From: Candidatus Pacebacteria bacterium UBA6180 | GTDB lineage: Bacteria; Patescibacteriota; Microgenomatia; UBA1400; PJMF01 | Assembly: GCA_002422165.1 (NCBI GenBank) | Contig: DITQ01000008.1 | Span: 125,082 to 189,081 of the forward strand | DNA length: 64,000 nt | Reading direction: 5' to 3' | Shown: piece after piece, positions 30,020-38,675 of the stretch | Numbering within the stretch: position 1 is the stretch's first letter | Layout: every line of letters begins with the position of its first letter | Program-made: the position numbers and the translations under genes | The notes under the pieces: model-generated | Told to the model about the DNA's origin: nothing | Databases searched by the model: none | What the model saw: the letters and a program-made list of their open reading frames with translations, nothing else

Positions 30020-31484
30020 ATCTATTTTTTTCTTTTTGCTTTTACTCGGCCTCTACTTTGGGTTACATTTATTTCGTCTGACTGCTCTTCCAGTTTTCGC
30101 TGATGAGGCCATTTACATTCGTTGGAGTCAATTAATCATTGATGATTTTGATCGCTATTTGTTTTATCCCATGAACGATGGTAAAACTCCGCTTTTGATG
30201 TGGCTAAGCGTCCCACTGCTGCGCTTGATTGACAATCAATTGCTGGCTGCTCGCTTGGTCTCTGTACTTCTTGGGGCTGTCAGCGTTTCTTTCATTTTTT
30301 TGTTACTTCGTGAATTTAAACAAAAGCAGGCCGCTTGGTGGGGGATGTTTTTGACCATCATTGCTCCTTTTACTTTTTTCTACCACCGCCTTGCTTTGAC
30401 TGATTCCTTACTTTTATGTAATTTGATTGTCGCTTATTATTTCACCGTCAAAACTGTGCAGGGTAAAAACTGGCTAACAATTTTTGGATTAGCTTTGTTT
30501 TTTTTCCTCGCCGTCATGAGTAAAACTCCAGCTTTGCTGTTTATTCCAGTTTTTTACTTCACGATTTTTTTGACTCCAAAATTGACTTGGCGAGTACTAC
30601 TGCGACAATTTTTGCTCATTAGTTTTGGTTTAGGCTTAGCACTTTTGACTTTTTACAGCTTTAGGGTAATACCGCTTTTCACTCAGCTTTTTGCCGTTGG
30701 TGGTAATTTTCTCCAAGATCGAGAAACAATTTTATCGGCTGCTATTTGGCCAGTAGTCTGGCGCAATGGCAATTTTTTTCTCGAACAGTTAATGATTTAT
30801 TTAGGACCGATTATTTTAATTTTGGCCCTACCACTTTTCACCAAAACTAGACGTTTGCAACTGATTTTGTTTCTTTCAGCTATTTTATTTCTACTCCCCC
30901 TCATTCTCATGGGTAAAATCATCTACCCTCGATACATTCTGCCCAGTAGTTTTTTGCTGCTTAGTTCCGCAGCAATTTCACTAACTCACTTACGCTTCCA
31001 CAAGTTTTGGCGCGCGCTGCTTTTAGCTCTAATTCTTTGGCCTAGCCTGATGTTTATCCAAACCTCTTATTTCAAAGTCGACCAACTTCCGCTAAGTACA
31101 GCCGACCGTGAACAATTCTTTGAAGAATGGTCTTCAGGCCAAGGCATCAAGGAAGCTAGTGATTTAATTATTGAGCTCGCTAGAAACCAAAAAGTAGCTG
31201 TTGCCACCGAGGGTTATTTTGGCACTTTACCTGACGGGATTTTGCTTAACTTGCACAACAAAGACGTCAGTAATATTTATGTAGAAGGCATTGGCCAACC
31301 AGTGAGAGAAATTCCCAAAGAATTTGTTCGGAGAGCGGAAGATTTTGACCTCAAATTATTAGTCGTTAATTCACATCGTATGAAAATAGAACTCCCATCC
31401 TCACAGTTGCTTAGAAGCTACTGTCGACCCAATCAAGCTCCTTGCTTGCAGATTTGGCAGTTAAACGAAGAAAATTTTAAGTAA
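29988..31484 (+). CDS. GT-C fold membrane glycosyltransferase (ArnT/PMT-like)
   Basis: PVFADEAIYIRW, DGKTPL, ARLVSV, RLALTD, PRY. True start may be GTG at 30009. Confidence 0.82.
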   Translation: MSCLIEVVQNKSIFFFLLLLGLYFGLHLFRLTALPVFADEAIYIRWSQLIIDDFDRYLFYPMNDGKTPLLMWLSVPLLRLIDNQLLAARLVSVLLGAVSVSFIFLLLREFKQKQAAWWGMFLTIIAPFTFFYHRLALTDSLLLCNLIVAYYFTVKTVQGKNWLTIFGLALFFFLAVMSKTPALLFIPVFYFTIFLTPKLTWRVLLRQFLLISFGLGLALLTFYSFRVIPLFTQLFAVGGNFLQDRETILSAAIWPVVWRNGNFFLEQLMIYLGPIILILALPLFTKTRRLQLILFLSAILFLLPLILMGKIIYPRYILPSSFLLLSSAAISLTHLRFHKFWRALLLALILWPSLMFIQTSYFKVDQLPLSTADREQFFEEWSSGQGIKEASDLIIELARNQKVAVATEGYFGTLPDGILLNLHNKDVSNIYVEGIGQPVREIPKEFVRRAEDFDLKLLVVNSHRMKIELPSSQLLRSYCRPNQAPCLQIWQLNEENFK

Positions 31485-31513
31485 ATTTTAAGTTGAAGAC
31501 TTAATATCTGTCT

Positions 31514-31942
31514 GTGACAGATGTTTTCTTACTGACTCAAGCTATAGAAGAAGTGATTGACCAGATGAAATCGGCCAATCAACAATTAATTTTAATAAAT
31601 AAAATTAACTTTCCAGCAGAAATGAAACTACAAGGCAAGAAAAAAATCTTTACACAATTTTTCTATGAGCTACTTTGCAAAGCTGAACTTTCTTATCAAG
31701 AAACAGTTTCCAATAAAATTATTTTACTCACCAGCAAATTTGAAACTGACCAAAAATTGTCGATTAGTATTACTGACGGAGGTCATCTAAACAAACCATA
31801 CTCGCTTCGAGATGTAAATCTAAATGACCGCCTAGCAAGCGTCATAATTGCACTAAAAAATGAATTTTCTGGTAAATTAGAAATCATCAGTCGCAATAGC
31901 AAAGGTAAAACCATCAAATGTCTTTTGCCCTTAAATCAATAA
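31514..31942 (+). CDS. Degenerate histidine-kinase-type ATPase (HATPase_c-like) domain, stand-alone
   Basis: Layout matches the HK catalytic domain: FTQFFYELLCKA (N-box position without Asn), ISITDGG (G1), SGKLEIISRNSKGKTIKCLLP (G3). No G2 GxGLGL, no H-box, no sensor. Confidence 0.6.
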   Translation: MTDVFLLTQAIEEVIDQMKSANQQLILINKINFPAEMKLQGKKKIFTQFFYELLCKAELSYQETVSNKIILLTSKFETDQKLSISITDGGHLNKPYSLRDVNLNDRLASVIIALKNEFSGKLEIISRNSKGKTIKCLLPLNQ

Positions 31943-32588
31943 ATTTGTAGCCACGATTTTTGTAAGTTAAGATTTGAAAATCTTCCGCTGGTAATTTAGA
32001 ACGAATTCTCCTGATGTAGACACTAATGGTTTTTTTAATTGGCAGAACTTCCCTATAACCCCAAACATAACTGGCAATTGTCTCATAAGAAATAACCATG
32101 TTTTGGTGCCTGATCAAGCACTCTAGAATTTTAAGCTCTTGAGGACGTAGTTGTAAATTTGCCTGCGCAGAAAAATTATTTTCTCTAAGTAAGAATTGGT
32201 TATTTTCTAAAAAGTCTTGGTTGCCTAGTTTGCGCATGCGTAGTAAATTATTAATTTTTAACAACAATTCACCAAAGTGTAGCGGCTTAGCCAGAAAATC
32301 ATCAGCCAACTTAAGTGTCTCAATCCTCTCTGCTAAAGATTTGTGGCGACTAATCACTAGGGTCCGAAGAAACAAATGTCGTTCTTTAATTTTTTCCAAT
32401 AAATCTAGACTACTGCCATCTGCTAATTTTCGCTCAGCAACCAACAAATCAAAGCTGTCTTTTTTAAGCAATTCTTCAGCCCTAGTAAGCGACTGGACAC
32501 AATTCACCAAATGACCTCTTTTTTCCAATAACGTCCTTAGAGAAGACATTACAAAATAATCATGGTCTAGAATTAAGATTTTTTGCAT
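31914..32588 (-). CDS. OmpR/PhoB-family response regulator with Glu at the phospho-acceptor position
   Basis: Receiver (ILILDHD, DLLVAERKLADG, ADDFLAKP) plus winged helix (LRPQELKILECL, VWG, VYIRRIRSKL, NRGYKF). Confidence 0.88.
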   Translation of the reverse strand: MQKILILDHDYFVMSSLRTLLEKRGHLVNCVQSLTRAEELLKKDSFDLLVAERKLADGSSLDLLEKIKERHLFLRTLVISRHKSLAERIETLKLADDFLAKPLHFGELLLKINNLLRMRKLGNQDFLENNQFLLRENNFSAQANLQLRPQELKILECLIRHQNMVISYETIASYVWGYREVLPIKKTISVYIRRIRSKLPAEDFQILTYKNRGYKFIDLRAKDI

Positions 32589-32662
32589 TGTGTTGACCTC
32601 ATGTCACCAAAAAACTCTTTTTGTTATATAATCGAAACATAAAATAATCTTAAAATTTAGAC

Positions 32663-32733
32663 TCCCGGGTAGTGAAATGGCATCACCACTGACTCTGAAT
32701 CAGTTATTCTAGGTTCGAATCCTAGCCCGGGAT
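32663..32733 (+). tRNA. tRNA-Gln (anticodon CTG), CCA not encoded
   Basis: Acceptor TCCCGGG/CCCGGGA, D-arm GTG/CAC, anticodon arm ACTGA-CTCTGAA-TCAGT, T-arm CTAGG-TTCGAAT-CCTAG; U1:A72 pair. Confidence 0.95.
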
Positions 32734-32743
32734 CAATCAATTT

Positions 32744-32992
32744 ATGACAAACAACGAAAATTTGGAAAAAGAAATCCACCAACTAAACAAAACTATCCTC
32801 AAACTTGATAAACGTCACAATCTAACTAATTCGCTACTTAGAGGAATTTTTTATGGACTAGGCTCTGTCATTGGTGCTACTATGGTATTCGCTTTGCTAG
32901 CTTACTTATTGCGAAATATAGAATTGATTCCTGTCATCGGGTCTTGGACTGCACAGCTCATAGAACACGTTAATAGTGTCTCTAGCAAATAA
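32744..32992 (+). CDS. Small membrane protein (DUF5665-like)
   Basis: Coiled coil then LRGIFYGLGSVIGAT...IPVIG. Confidence 0.65.
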   Translation: MTNNENLEKEIHQLNKTILKLDKRHNLTNSLLRGIFYGLGSVIGATMVFALLAYLLRNIELIPVIGSWTAQLIEHVNSVSSK

Positions 32993-33042
32993 CCCCAATT
33001 TTTTAGTTGGAAATCCTACCAGAAATTCTATATAATTTTTCT

Positions 33043-33720
33043 GTGATTCAATTAATCAAAAAAAACGCTCAAGTCTTTTCATATCTCATCGGCATTGATC
33101 TGGCCATTGTTTTATTACATCTTTTTCTAGCCAGAAACTGGACCTTTTTTCATCTAGATCATGAGTTAAATTTACCTACTTTTTGGCAATCTGGAAAATT
33201 AATTTTGTTTGGCAGTTTATATTTTTTGACCAGCTTCACCAAAAGATTTGGCAAAGAACTTAGATCATTCATCTTACCACTTGCTATTTTCACCACTTTT
33301 TTAGGCTTAGATGAGTTGCTACAAATTCACGAGAATATTTACCGTATCTTTGAATTTTTACCTTGGTTACACCCCAGTAAAATTGTTGATGCTTCCATGA
33401 AACTTGGTTACAGATCTTCACTATGGATTCTCTACTATCTCCCTTTCATCTTTTTGTTTGTCTTTTGGAGTGGCTATTGGCTGCGTTACTTCCAAGACAG
33501 AATTAAGAGCAATTTTTGGATTATCTTGGTCAGCAGTTTTTCTCTGTTGACCATTTTAGTTATGGAGGTCATGAGTTCAACCGGCACTTACAGCGACAAC
33601 ACTTATTTCATCATGGTTACCATCGAAGAAAGCGCCGAAATGTTGCTTGGCTCCACTCTGGTTTTAGTCGGACTCAAGGTTCTTGACCGAGCTATTTCGC
33701 AAAAAACAAAAAATCGCTAA
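33043..33720 (+). CDS. Hypothetical multi-TM protein
   Basis: About 6-7 TM with LDHELNLPT, LDELLQIHE, EESAEM. GTG start at 33043 lies 6 nt after TATAAT. Confidence 0.7.
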   Translation: MIQLIKKNAQVFSYLIGIDLAIVLLHLFLARNWTFFHLDHELNLPTFWQSGKLILFGSLYFLTSFTKRFGKELRSFILPLAIFTTFLGLDELLQIHENIYRIFEFLPWLHPSKIVDASMKLGYRSSLWILYYLPFIFLFVFWSGYWLRYFQDRIKSNFWIILVSSFSLLTILVMEVMSSTGTYSDNTYFIMVTIEESAEMLLGSTLVLVGLKVLDRAISQKTKNR

Positions 33721-33769
33721 TTCTCTATATCATTTGTGCTTACCACACTGACTATGTTAAGATATTTTT

Positions 33770-34294
33770 ATGCTTAATCTTTCCCCGGTGCTTAAGCACC
33801 CCACCTTTCAAAAATTAGATCAAGAGTTGGAGGCAGTTTTTGCCAACGCACCGCATTTGCCGAAAAAGGTTGTTGACGTTTTGGTCAAAATTGCCCCTTA
33901 TATGATGTTGGTTTCTGGTTTGTTTATGATTACTGGCGGTTTACAAAGTATTTTTGGCGCTAATAGCTTCTACCGTATGATGGATTTATGGATGAACACT
34001 CCTCCTTTTTACTTTTATCTAATCGGCTTGCTACAAATTGTCGCCGGCGCACTTTCCATCATAGCCTACCAACCTCTCAGGTCTCGCTTACTAGAAGGTT
34101 GGCAAATTATGTTTATTTTAACCTGGCTCAGCCTGCTAATGAATTTAGTCAGCGTGGGCTTTTTTAGAGACGGCCTTTTTGGCTTACTGCTAAGCCTACT
34201 GCTTAGCCTATACTTGATTTATGAACTCAGACCCGCCTATGTGGGAGCCGATAAACTCAAAAAAGTCCAAACACTAAAAAGAAAAAAGAAATGA
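33770..34294 (+). CDS. Hypothetical 4-TM membrane protein
   Basis: APHLP...VLVKIAPY then four hydrophobic segments; overlaps fbaB start. Confidence 0.7.
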   Translation: MLNLSPVLKHPTFQKLDQELEAVFANAPHLPKKVVDVLVKIAPYMMLVSGLFMITGGLQSIFGANSFYRMMDLWMNTPPFYFYLIGLLQIVAGALSIIAYQPLRSRLLEGWQIMFILTWLSLLMNLVSVGFFRDGLFGLLLSLLLSLYLIYELRPAYVGADKLKKVQTLKRKKK

Positions 34295-35361
34295 CTTATC
34301 AGGAAATTGTTGATTTGCTTGGCAGCGATGCTTCTTATTTATTAAAGCATCGCTGCCAGTTATTGCCCAAAGAATTAATTCACTTTCCCAAAGGCGATCA
34401 CGTGGAGCAAGTTTTTGCCAATTCTGATCGCAGCGAAAAAGTCTTGCAAAACCTCTCCAGACTCTATGGTCACGGCAGGTTAGCCAACACTGGCTATCTT
34501 TCAATCTTACCAGTAGATCAAGACATCGAACACAATGCCAATTATTCTTTCTATAAAAACCCTATCTACTTCGATCCTGAGAACGTGGTTAAGTTGGCCA
34601 TGGAAGCAGCCTGCAATGGCGTCGCTTCGACCTTGGGAGCGCTCGGACTGGTCAGCAAGAAATACGCCGATAAAATCCCTTTCATCGTCAAAATCAATCA
34701 CAACGAGCTCCTGACTTATCCAAATAAATGGAATCAGGTACTTTTTGCCTCAGTCAGGCAAGCAGCCGAGATGGGTGCCGTCGCCGTCGGTGCGACCATA
34801 TACTTCGGCTCAACTGACTCTAGTCGCCAAATTACTGAAATCGCTCACGCCTTCGAAGAAGCACATCGACTGGGACTAGCTACTATCCTCTGGTGTTATC
34901 CGCGCAATAGCGCTTGGCAGGAAAAAGACATCAATTATGAAAGTGCTGCTGACGTCACCTCTTATGCTAATCGCTTGGGAGTAACCATCGAAGCTGACAT
35001 CATCAAGCAAAAATTACCTGAAAATGACGGGGCGATGCTTAAGTTTAAATTTGGCAAATATAGTAAAGAAATGTACGAGTCGCTTAGTACCGAAAACCCC
35101 ATCGACCTAGTACGTCTGCAAGTTGTCAATTGCTACGCGGGCAAAATCAGCCTGATTAATTCTGGGGGCGAAAGCAATTCCTCTGGTGATTTTGAGGCTG
35201 ACCTACGTGAAGCTATCAAAACTGCTGTCATCAATAAACGTGGTGGAGGTAGCGGTCTAATTATGGGTCGCAAAGCTTTTAAGAGACCGATGAATGAAGG
35301 CGTTAAAATTATTCAGGCTGTCCAAGACGTTTATTTGACAGAACATATTGATTTAGCTTAA
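34291..35361 (+). CDS. fbaB: Class I fructose-bisphosphate aldolase (FbaB/DhnA)
   Basis: GYLSILPVDQ, KINHNELLTYP, GATIYFGS, ADIIKQKLP, INKRGGGSGLIMGRKAF. Confidence 0.95.
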   Translation: MTYQEIVDLLGSDASYLLKHRCQLLPKELIHFPKGDHVEQVFANSDRSEKVLQNLSRLYGHGRLANTGYLSILPVDQDIEHNANYSFYKNPIYFDPENVVKLAMEAACNGVASTLGALGLVSKKYADKIPFIVKINHNELLTYPNKWNQVLFASVRQAAEMGAVAVGATIYFGSTDSSRQITEIAHAFEEAHRLGLATILWCYPRNSAWQEKDINYESAADVTSYANRLGVTIEADIIKQKLPENDGAMLKFKFGKYSKEMYESLSTENPIDLVRLQVVNCYAGKISLINSGGESNSSGDFEADLREAIKTAVINKRGGGSGLIMGRKAFKRPMNEGVKIIQAVQDVYLTEHIDLA

Positions 35362-35944
35362 AAAGAGCCTGGCGACGATGAGAAATGGTGTTTTTGAAAT
35401 CTGCTCCTAACTCTGCAAAAGTTTTGTCCTGGCCCTCAGGAATAAAAATCGGATCATAACCGAAGCCTTCTAGTTTGTTGCCTCGTGGCTGCTTAGCAAT
35501 CTGACCCTGAATTTCTCCTTCGAAAAATTGCTTGTCTGAAGTTTTTGGATCGAAAAAACAAATCACACTATAAAATCTAGCTCGGCGATCAACTTTTTCT
35601 TCTAGCAGCTTCAACAAAGCCAAATTTCTCTCTGCAGGCGTACCGGTAAACCAACGGTTGGAATTGACCGAGGGGAAACCATCTAGAGCGGTCACCTCCA
35701 GTCCAGAGTCATCAGCAATGGTTGCCAAGCCAGTCAGGTTGGCATAGGCCTGGGCCTTAAGCCAAGCGTTTTCCCGAAAAGTTTTGCCGTCCTCGACAAC
35801 GTCGAAATCACTCGGAATGACAATACTCAGCTCAGCCAACTTAGCCTGATCCGCGACGCTCACTAATTCCACCCCACTATCCTGGAGAATGGCTAGGATT
35901 TCCCTGATTTTACCCTGGTTGGCGCTAGCGATAAATAAGCGCAT
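35309..35944 (-). CDS. rdgB: Non-canonical purine NTP pyrophosphatase (RdgB/HAM1)
   Basis: ASANQGKIRE, ADDSGL, GFGYDPIF, KNTISHR. Confidence 0.95.
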   Translation of the reverse strand: MRLFIASANQGKIREILAILQDSGVELVSVADQAKLAELSIVIPSDFDVVEDGKTFRENAWLKAQAYANLTGLATIADDSGLEVTALDGFPSVNSNRWFTGTPAERNLALLKLLEEKVDRRARFYSVICFFDPKTSDKQFFEGEIQGQIAKQPRGNKLEGFGYDPIFIPEGQDKTFAELGADFKNTISHRRQALFKLNQYVLSNKRLGQPE

Positions 35945-35958
35945 GAAGGTTGATTAAA

Positions 35959-36237
35959 TTATTTACCCAGCAAAGAGCCGAGACCACCAGTCATGCTCTG
36001 CAATTTTTTGGCTGCCACTTCCTGTGATTTCTTGATGGCTTCATTGAGGGTTTTGACTAGTTCCTCACTATGAATGCCTTGGACAGAGACATCTTTAATC
36101 TCTTGGCCTCCAGTAATTTTGACGATGATATCACCGCGCTCGACGACAATCTCCTCCGCCGCCAGATCCTGCTGCATCTGTTTGGCCTGCTTGCGCAATT
36201 TATTAAGATCTCCTAGTTGATTCATGAAACCTGCCAT
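35959..36237 (-). CDS. ybaB: YbaB/EbfC nucleoid-associated protein
   Basis: KQAKQMQQDL...VKITGGQEI...LQSMTGGL; directly downstream of dnaX. Confidence 0.85.
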   Translation of the reverse strand: MAGFMNQLGDLNKLRKQAKQMQQDLAAEEIVVERGDIIVKITGGQEIKDVSVQGIHSEELVKTLNEAIKKSQEVAAKKLQSMTGGLGSLLGK

Positions 36238-36266
36238 ATGTCTTCCTTTCCTATTTTTATAGTAAT

Positions 36267-37769
36267 CTATAACAAAGAATCTCGGGCTGCAAGCACCAAG
36301 TCAGTTTCTGCGACTGCTGATGATGGTGCTTGTTCTTGCAAAACAAAATCAAAGTTTAAATTCGTTCCTAACAAATCCAAAGCCACCCGACGCAGGAGGT
36401 CTTTATTTTTGTTTTGTTCGAGCTGCTCTTTGTGAAATGAATAATAGACTGAAATTTGGGCTTTTTCCTGGCTGAGACTGTCTAGGCGGCAAGATTTAAG
36501 TAGGGTGTGCAAGGAAAAGTTTTCACCTGCAAAAGCTTTAACGATTTTTTGCCAAGTCTCTTTAAGGTCAGTGGCTGAAGATGCTGGATCTAGGTCAATT
36601 TTTTTTTTCGCTGCAGGCTTGATAGTGGGAGCTGTTGATTTTGAACTTGATTTCTGTGACTCTGCTGCTTTTGGCTTGTCTTTGGTAGGCGGATTTTTTT
36701 TAGACCTAGTAATAATTTCCAATAACTTGAGTTCGAGAACCAGAAAAGGAATCGGGCTGTCCTGATTGAGGTCGGCACTTAAAGCCTCACGAATGAAAAA
36801 TTGATCCACCGCTGCTTCATAAGTTGGCGCTCCTTTAACCACGCCTAGGTTAAGTAACAAATCGCTATGCAGAAACTGCAAGAAATCCTTGTAAAAATCT
36901 CGCTGGTTGTAATTATTCTCCCGCAATTCTAGGAAAACGCTGGCTAGAGCAGCTTCGTCCTTTTGCATCACCAAGTCAATCAATTTTTTGATGTAGTGAG
37001 CCGTGTCGGTTGCCAAGAGATCTTTGATACTCTCCAGATCTAGTTTGCCACTCTGACAAGCCATCTCCAGAATTTTGACCCCGTCACGAAAACTACCTTC
37101 AGCTCGCAGGGCAATTTTAGACAGATCAGTTGGCTCAAATTTGATTTGCTCAGCCAGCAGCACGCGCTCTAGAGCCTGCTTAATCTCCTCATCACTAGCT
37201 TTGCGAAAATTCACCACGCTACAGCGAGAAACGATGGTCGCCGGAATCTTATGTAGCTCCGTAGTAGCCAAAATAAAAACTACGTGCGCCGGTGGTTCTT
37301 CCAGAATTTTCAAAAGGGCGTTAAAAGCCTCCGTGGTCAGCATATGGACCTCGTCCAAAATGTAGACGGTCATTTTGCCCTCAGTCGGTGGTAAGTTGAT
37401 CCGCTCCTTGAGCAAGCGAATATCGTCGATGCGCCGATTCGAGGCGGCGTCAAGCTCTTGGACGATGAAGGAGTGACCCTCGTAAACGCGACGAGCAAAA
37501 TCGCTCTTGGTGTCTGGCTCCGCGAAAACCAGTTTGGCGGGTGCGGCTTTTTGGAAAAAAAGGTGGTCAACAAGCGCAGCGTTGGCCGGATCATTAAGCA
37601 TCGCTCCCAGAATTCTCGAGGCAGAAGTTTTACCCGTGCCCCGAGGACCAGCGAAGAGCAGCGACTGGGGAACTTTGCCGCTTTGCATCATCTGCTGCAG
37701 GGTTTCCCTGACGGAAGTGATGTTGAGATCAGCGATTTGTTTGGGGCGATAGAGACGGTACCAAGCCAT
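36267..37769 (-). CDS. dnaX: DNA polymerase III subunit gamma/tau
   Basis: LYRP, GPRGTGKT, ELDAASN, ILDEVHML, FNALLKILEEPP, SRC, GSFRD. Confidence 0.96.
   Translation of the reverse strand: MAWYRLYRPKQIADLNITSVRETLQQMMQSGKVPQSLLFAGPRGTGKTSASRILGAMLNDPANAALVDHLFFQKAAPAKLVFAEPDTKSDFARRVYEGHSFIVQELDAASNRRIDDIRLLKERINLPPTEGKMTVYILDEVHMLTTEAFNALLKILEEPPAHVVFILATTELHKIPATIVSRCSVVNFRKASDEEIKQALERVLLAEQIKFEPTDLSKIALRAEGSFRDGVKILEMACQSGKLDLESIKDLLATDTAHYIKKLIDLVMQKDEAALASVFLELRENNYNQRDFYKDFLQFLHSDLLLNLGVVKGAPTYEAAVDQFFIREALSADLNQDSPIPFLVLELKLLEIITRSKKNPPTKDKPKAAESQKSSSKSTAPTIKPAAKKKIDLDPASSATDLKETWQKIVKAFAGENFSLHTLLKSCRLDSLSQEKAQISVYYSFHKEQLEQNKNKDLLRRVALDLLGTNLNFDFVLQEQAPSSAVAETDLVLAARDSLL
36599..36608 (-). 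other. A10 slippery run in dnaX (candidate gamma-producing recoding site)
   Basis: Minus GCG AAA AAA AAA ATT GAC CTA G. With +1 A it reads AAT TGA; with -1 A it reads TTG ACC TAG. Confidence 0.6.
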
Positions 37770-37838
37770 AGGTTGAGTTTACCATTAAAACAGAAGTTGC
37801 GCTTATTTACTTACGCCTAGATTTCAGTTTTTGTCGAA

Positions 37839-37866
37839 TTGACTTCTAGAGGGAGTAAAGTAGAAT
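37839..37866 (+). promoter_or_regulatory. Sigma70-type promoter
   Basis: TTGACT-16 nt-TAGAAT upstream of the receiver gene, followed by GAAAGG SD-like sequence. Confidence 0.55.
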
Positions 37867-37908
37867 CTCTCCTTAAAGTTCCTAAATAATGCCTGAGAAA
37901 GGCAAAAA

Positions 37909-38265
37909 ATGCCAAAAGAAGCTAGAATAGCCATTATCGAGGATCATAAAGATTATCTTCAAGTTATTGAAGAATTTCTTCAGGAGAACGGTCACATAAT
38001 TGTAAAAATAGCAACAACTTTCCCAGATGCATTGCTTTTAGCTAAGAATTTAAAAAGATTGAAAGTGAGTATTGTCATACTAGACGGAAATCTCACTCCA
38101 GGCAAAATTGACGGTAAAGAAGGTCAGCTTATATTAACAGCTATTAGAAAATACGCTCCACATATTAAAGTAATTGGAATTAGTTCTGTGAAATTTGAAG
38201 GCGTCGATCTAGACCTATTAAAAAGAAATATAAAAACAATTGGAGAAGCTGTTAACAACCTTTAA
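37909..38265 (+). CDS. Single-domain response regulator (receiver)
   Basis: IAIIEDH, VILDGNL (Asp intact), VIGISS; AT-rich. Confidence 0.75.
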   Translation: MPKEARIAIIEDHKDYLQVIEEFLQENGHIIVKIATTFPDALLLAKNLKRLKVSIVILDGNLTPGKIDGKEGQLILTAIRKYAPHIKVIGISSVKFEGVDLDLLKRNIKTIGEAVNNL

Positions 38266-38279
38266 TAACTTATTATAAC

Positions 38280-38675
38280 CTAATGATCATCGTGATGATA
38301 ACCAAGTAAGTGCAGGAGTGCGTGTTCCACGTAGAAGCAAATCTGGTCGTCGACCATTTTTCCGAAGCGCTTGGCTGTTTTGACTGCTTCAGGAAAGCTA
38401 ATAATAATGTCGCCTAGGTGACTGAGTACTCCTTCTGGTAAGGGCATATCTTGCAGTTGGCCTCGATCGTGCTGGGGAAAAGACAAGACGTCAGTCGGCC
38501 CTTGGTGCTTGAGGTGCTGCTCGTTGAGAGTGGTGATTTTTCTGGCCCCGACGATGGAAACGTCCACTTGGACGTTGTCAAGTTTGTGCTCCTTCAGAAC
38601 TCGTTCGACGGTGGCTTTAATTTGCCGTCGACTAACTGGGTAGCGCGAACCGATGAATAAATTAGTTTTGATCAT
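38280..38675 (-). CDS. ybeY: rRNA maturation RNase YbeY
   Basis: PTDVLSFP, LGDIIIS, HALLHLLGYHH. Confidence 0.95.
   Translation of the reverse strand: MIKTNLFIGSRYPVSRRQIKATVERVLKEHKLDNVQVDVSIVGARKITTLNEQHLKHQGPTDVLSFPQHDRGQLQDMPLPEGVLSHLGDIIISFPEAVKTAKRFGKMVDDQICFYVEHALLHLLGYHHDDH

Noticed and set aside
31490-32740. tRNA-anchored genomic island or prophage at tRNA-Gln
   Set aside because: The region is AT-rich, but no integrase or duplicated tRNA 3' end was found in the window.
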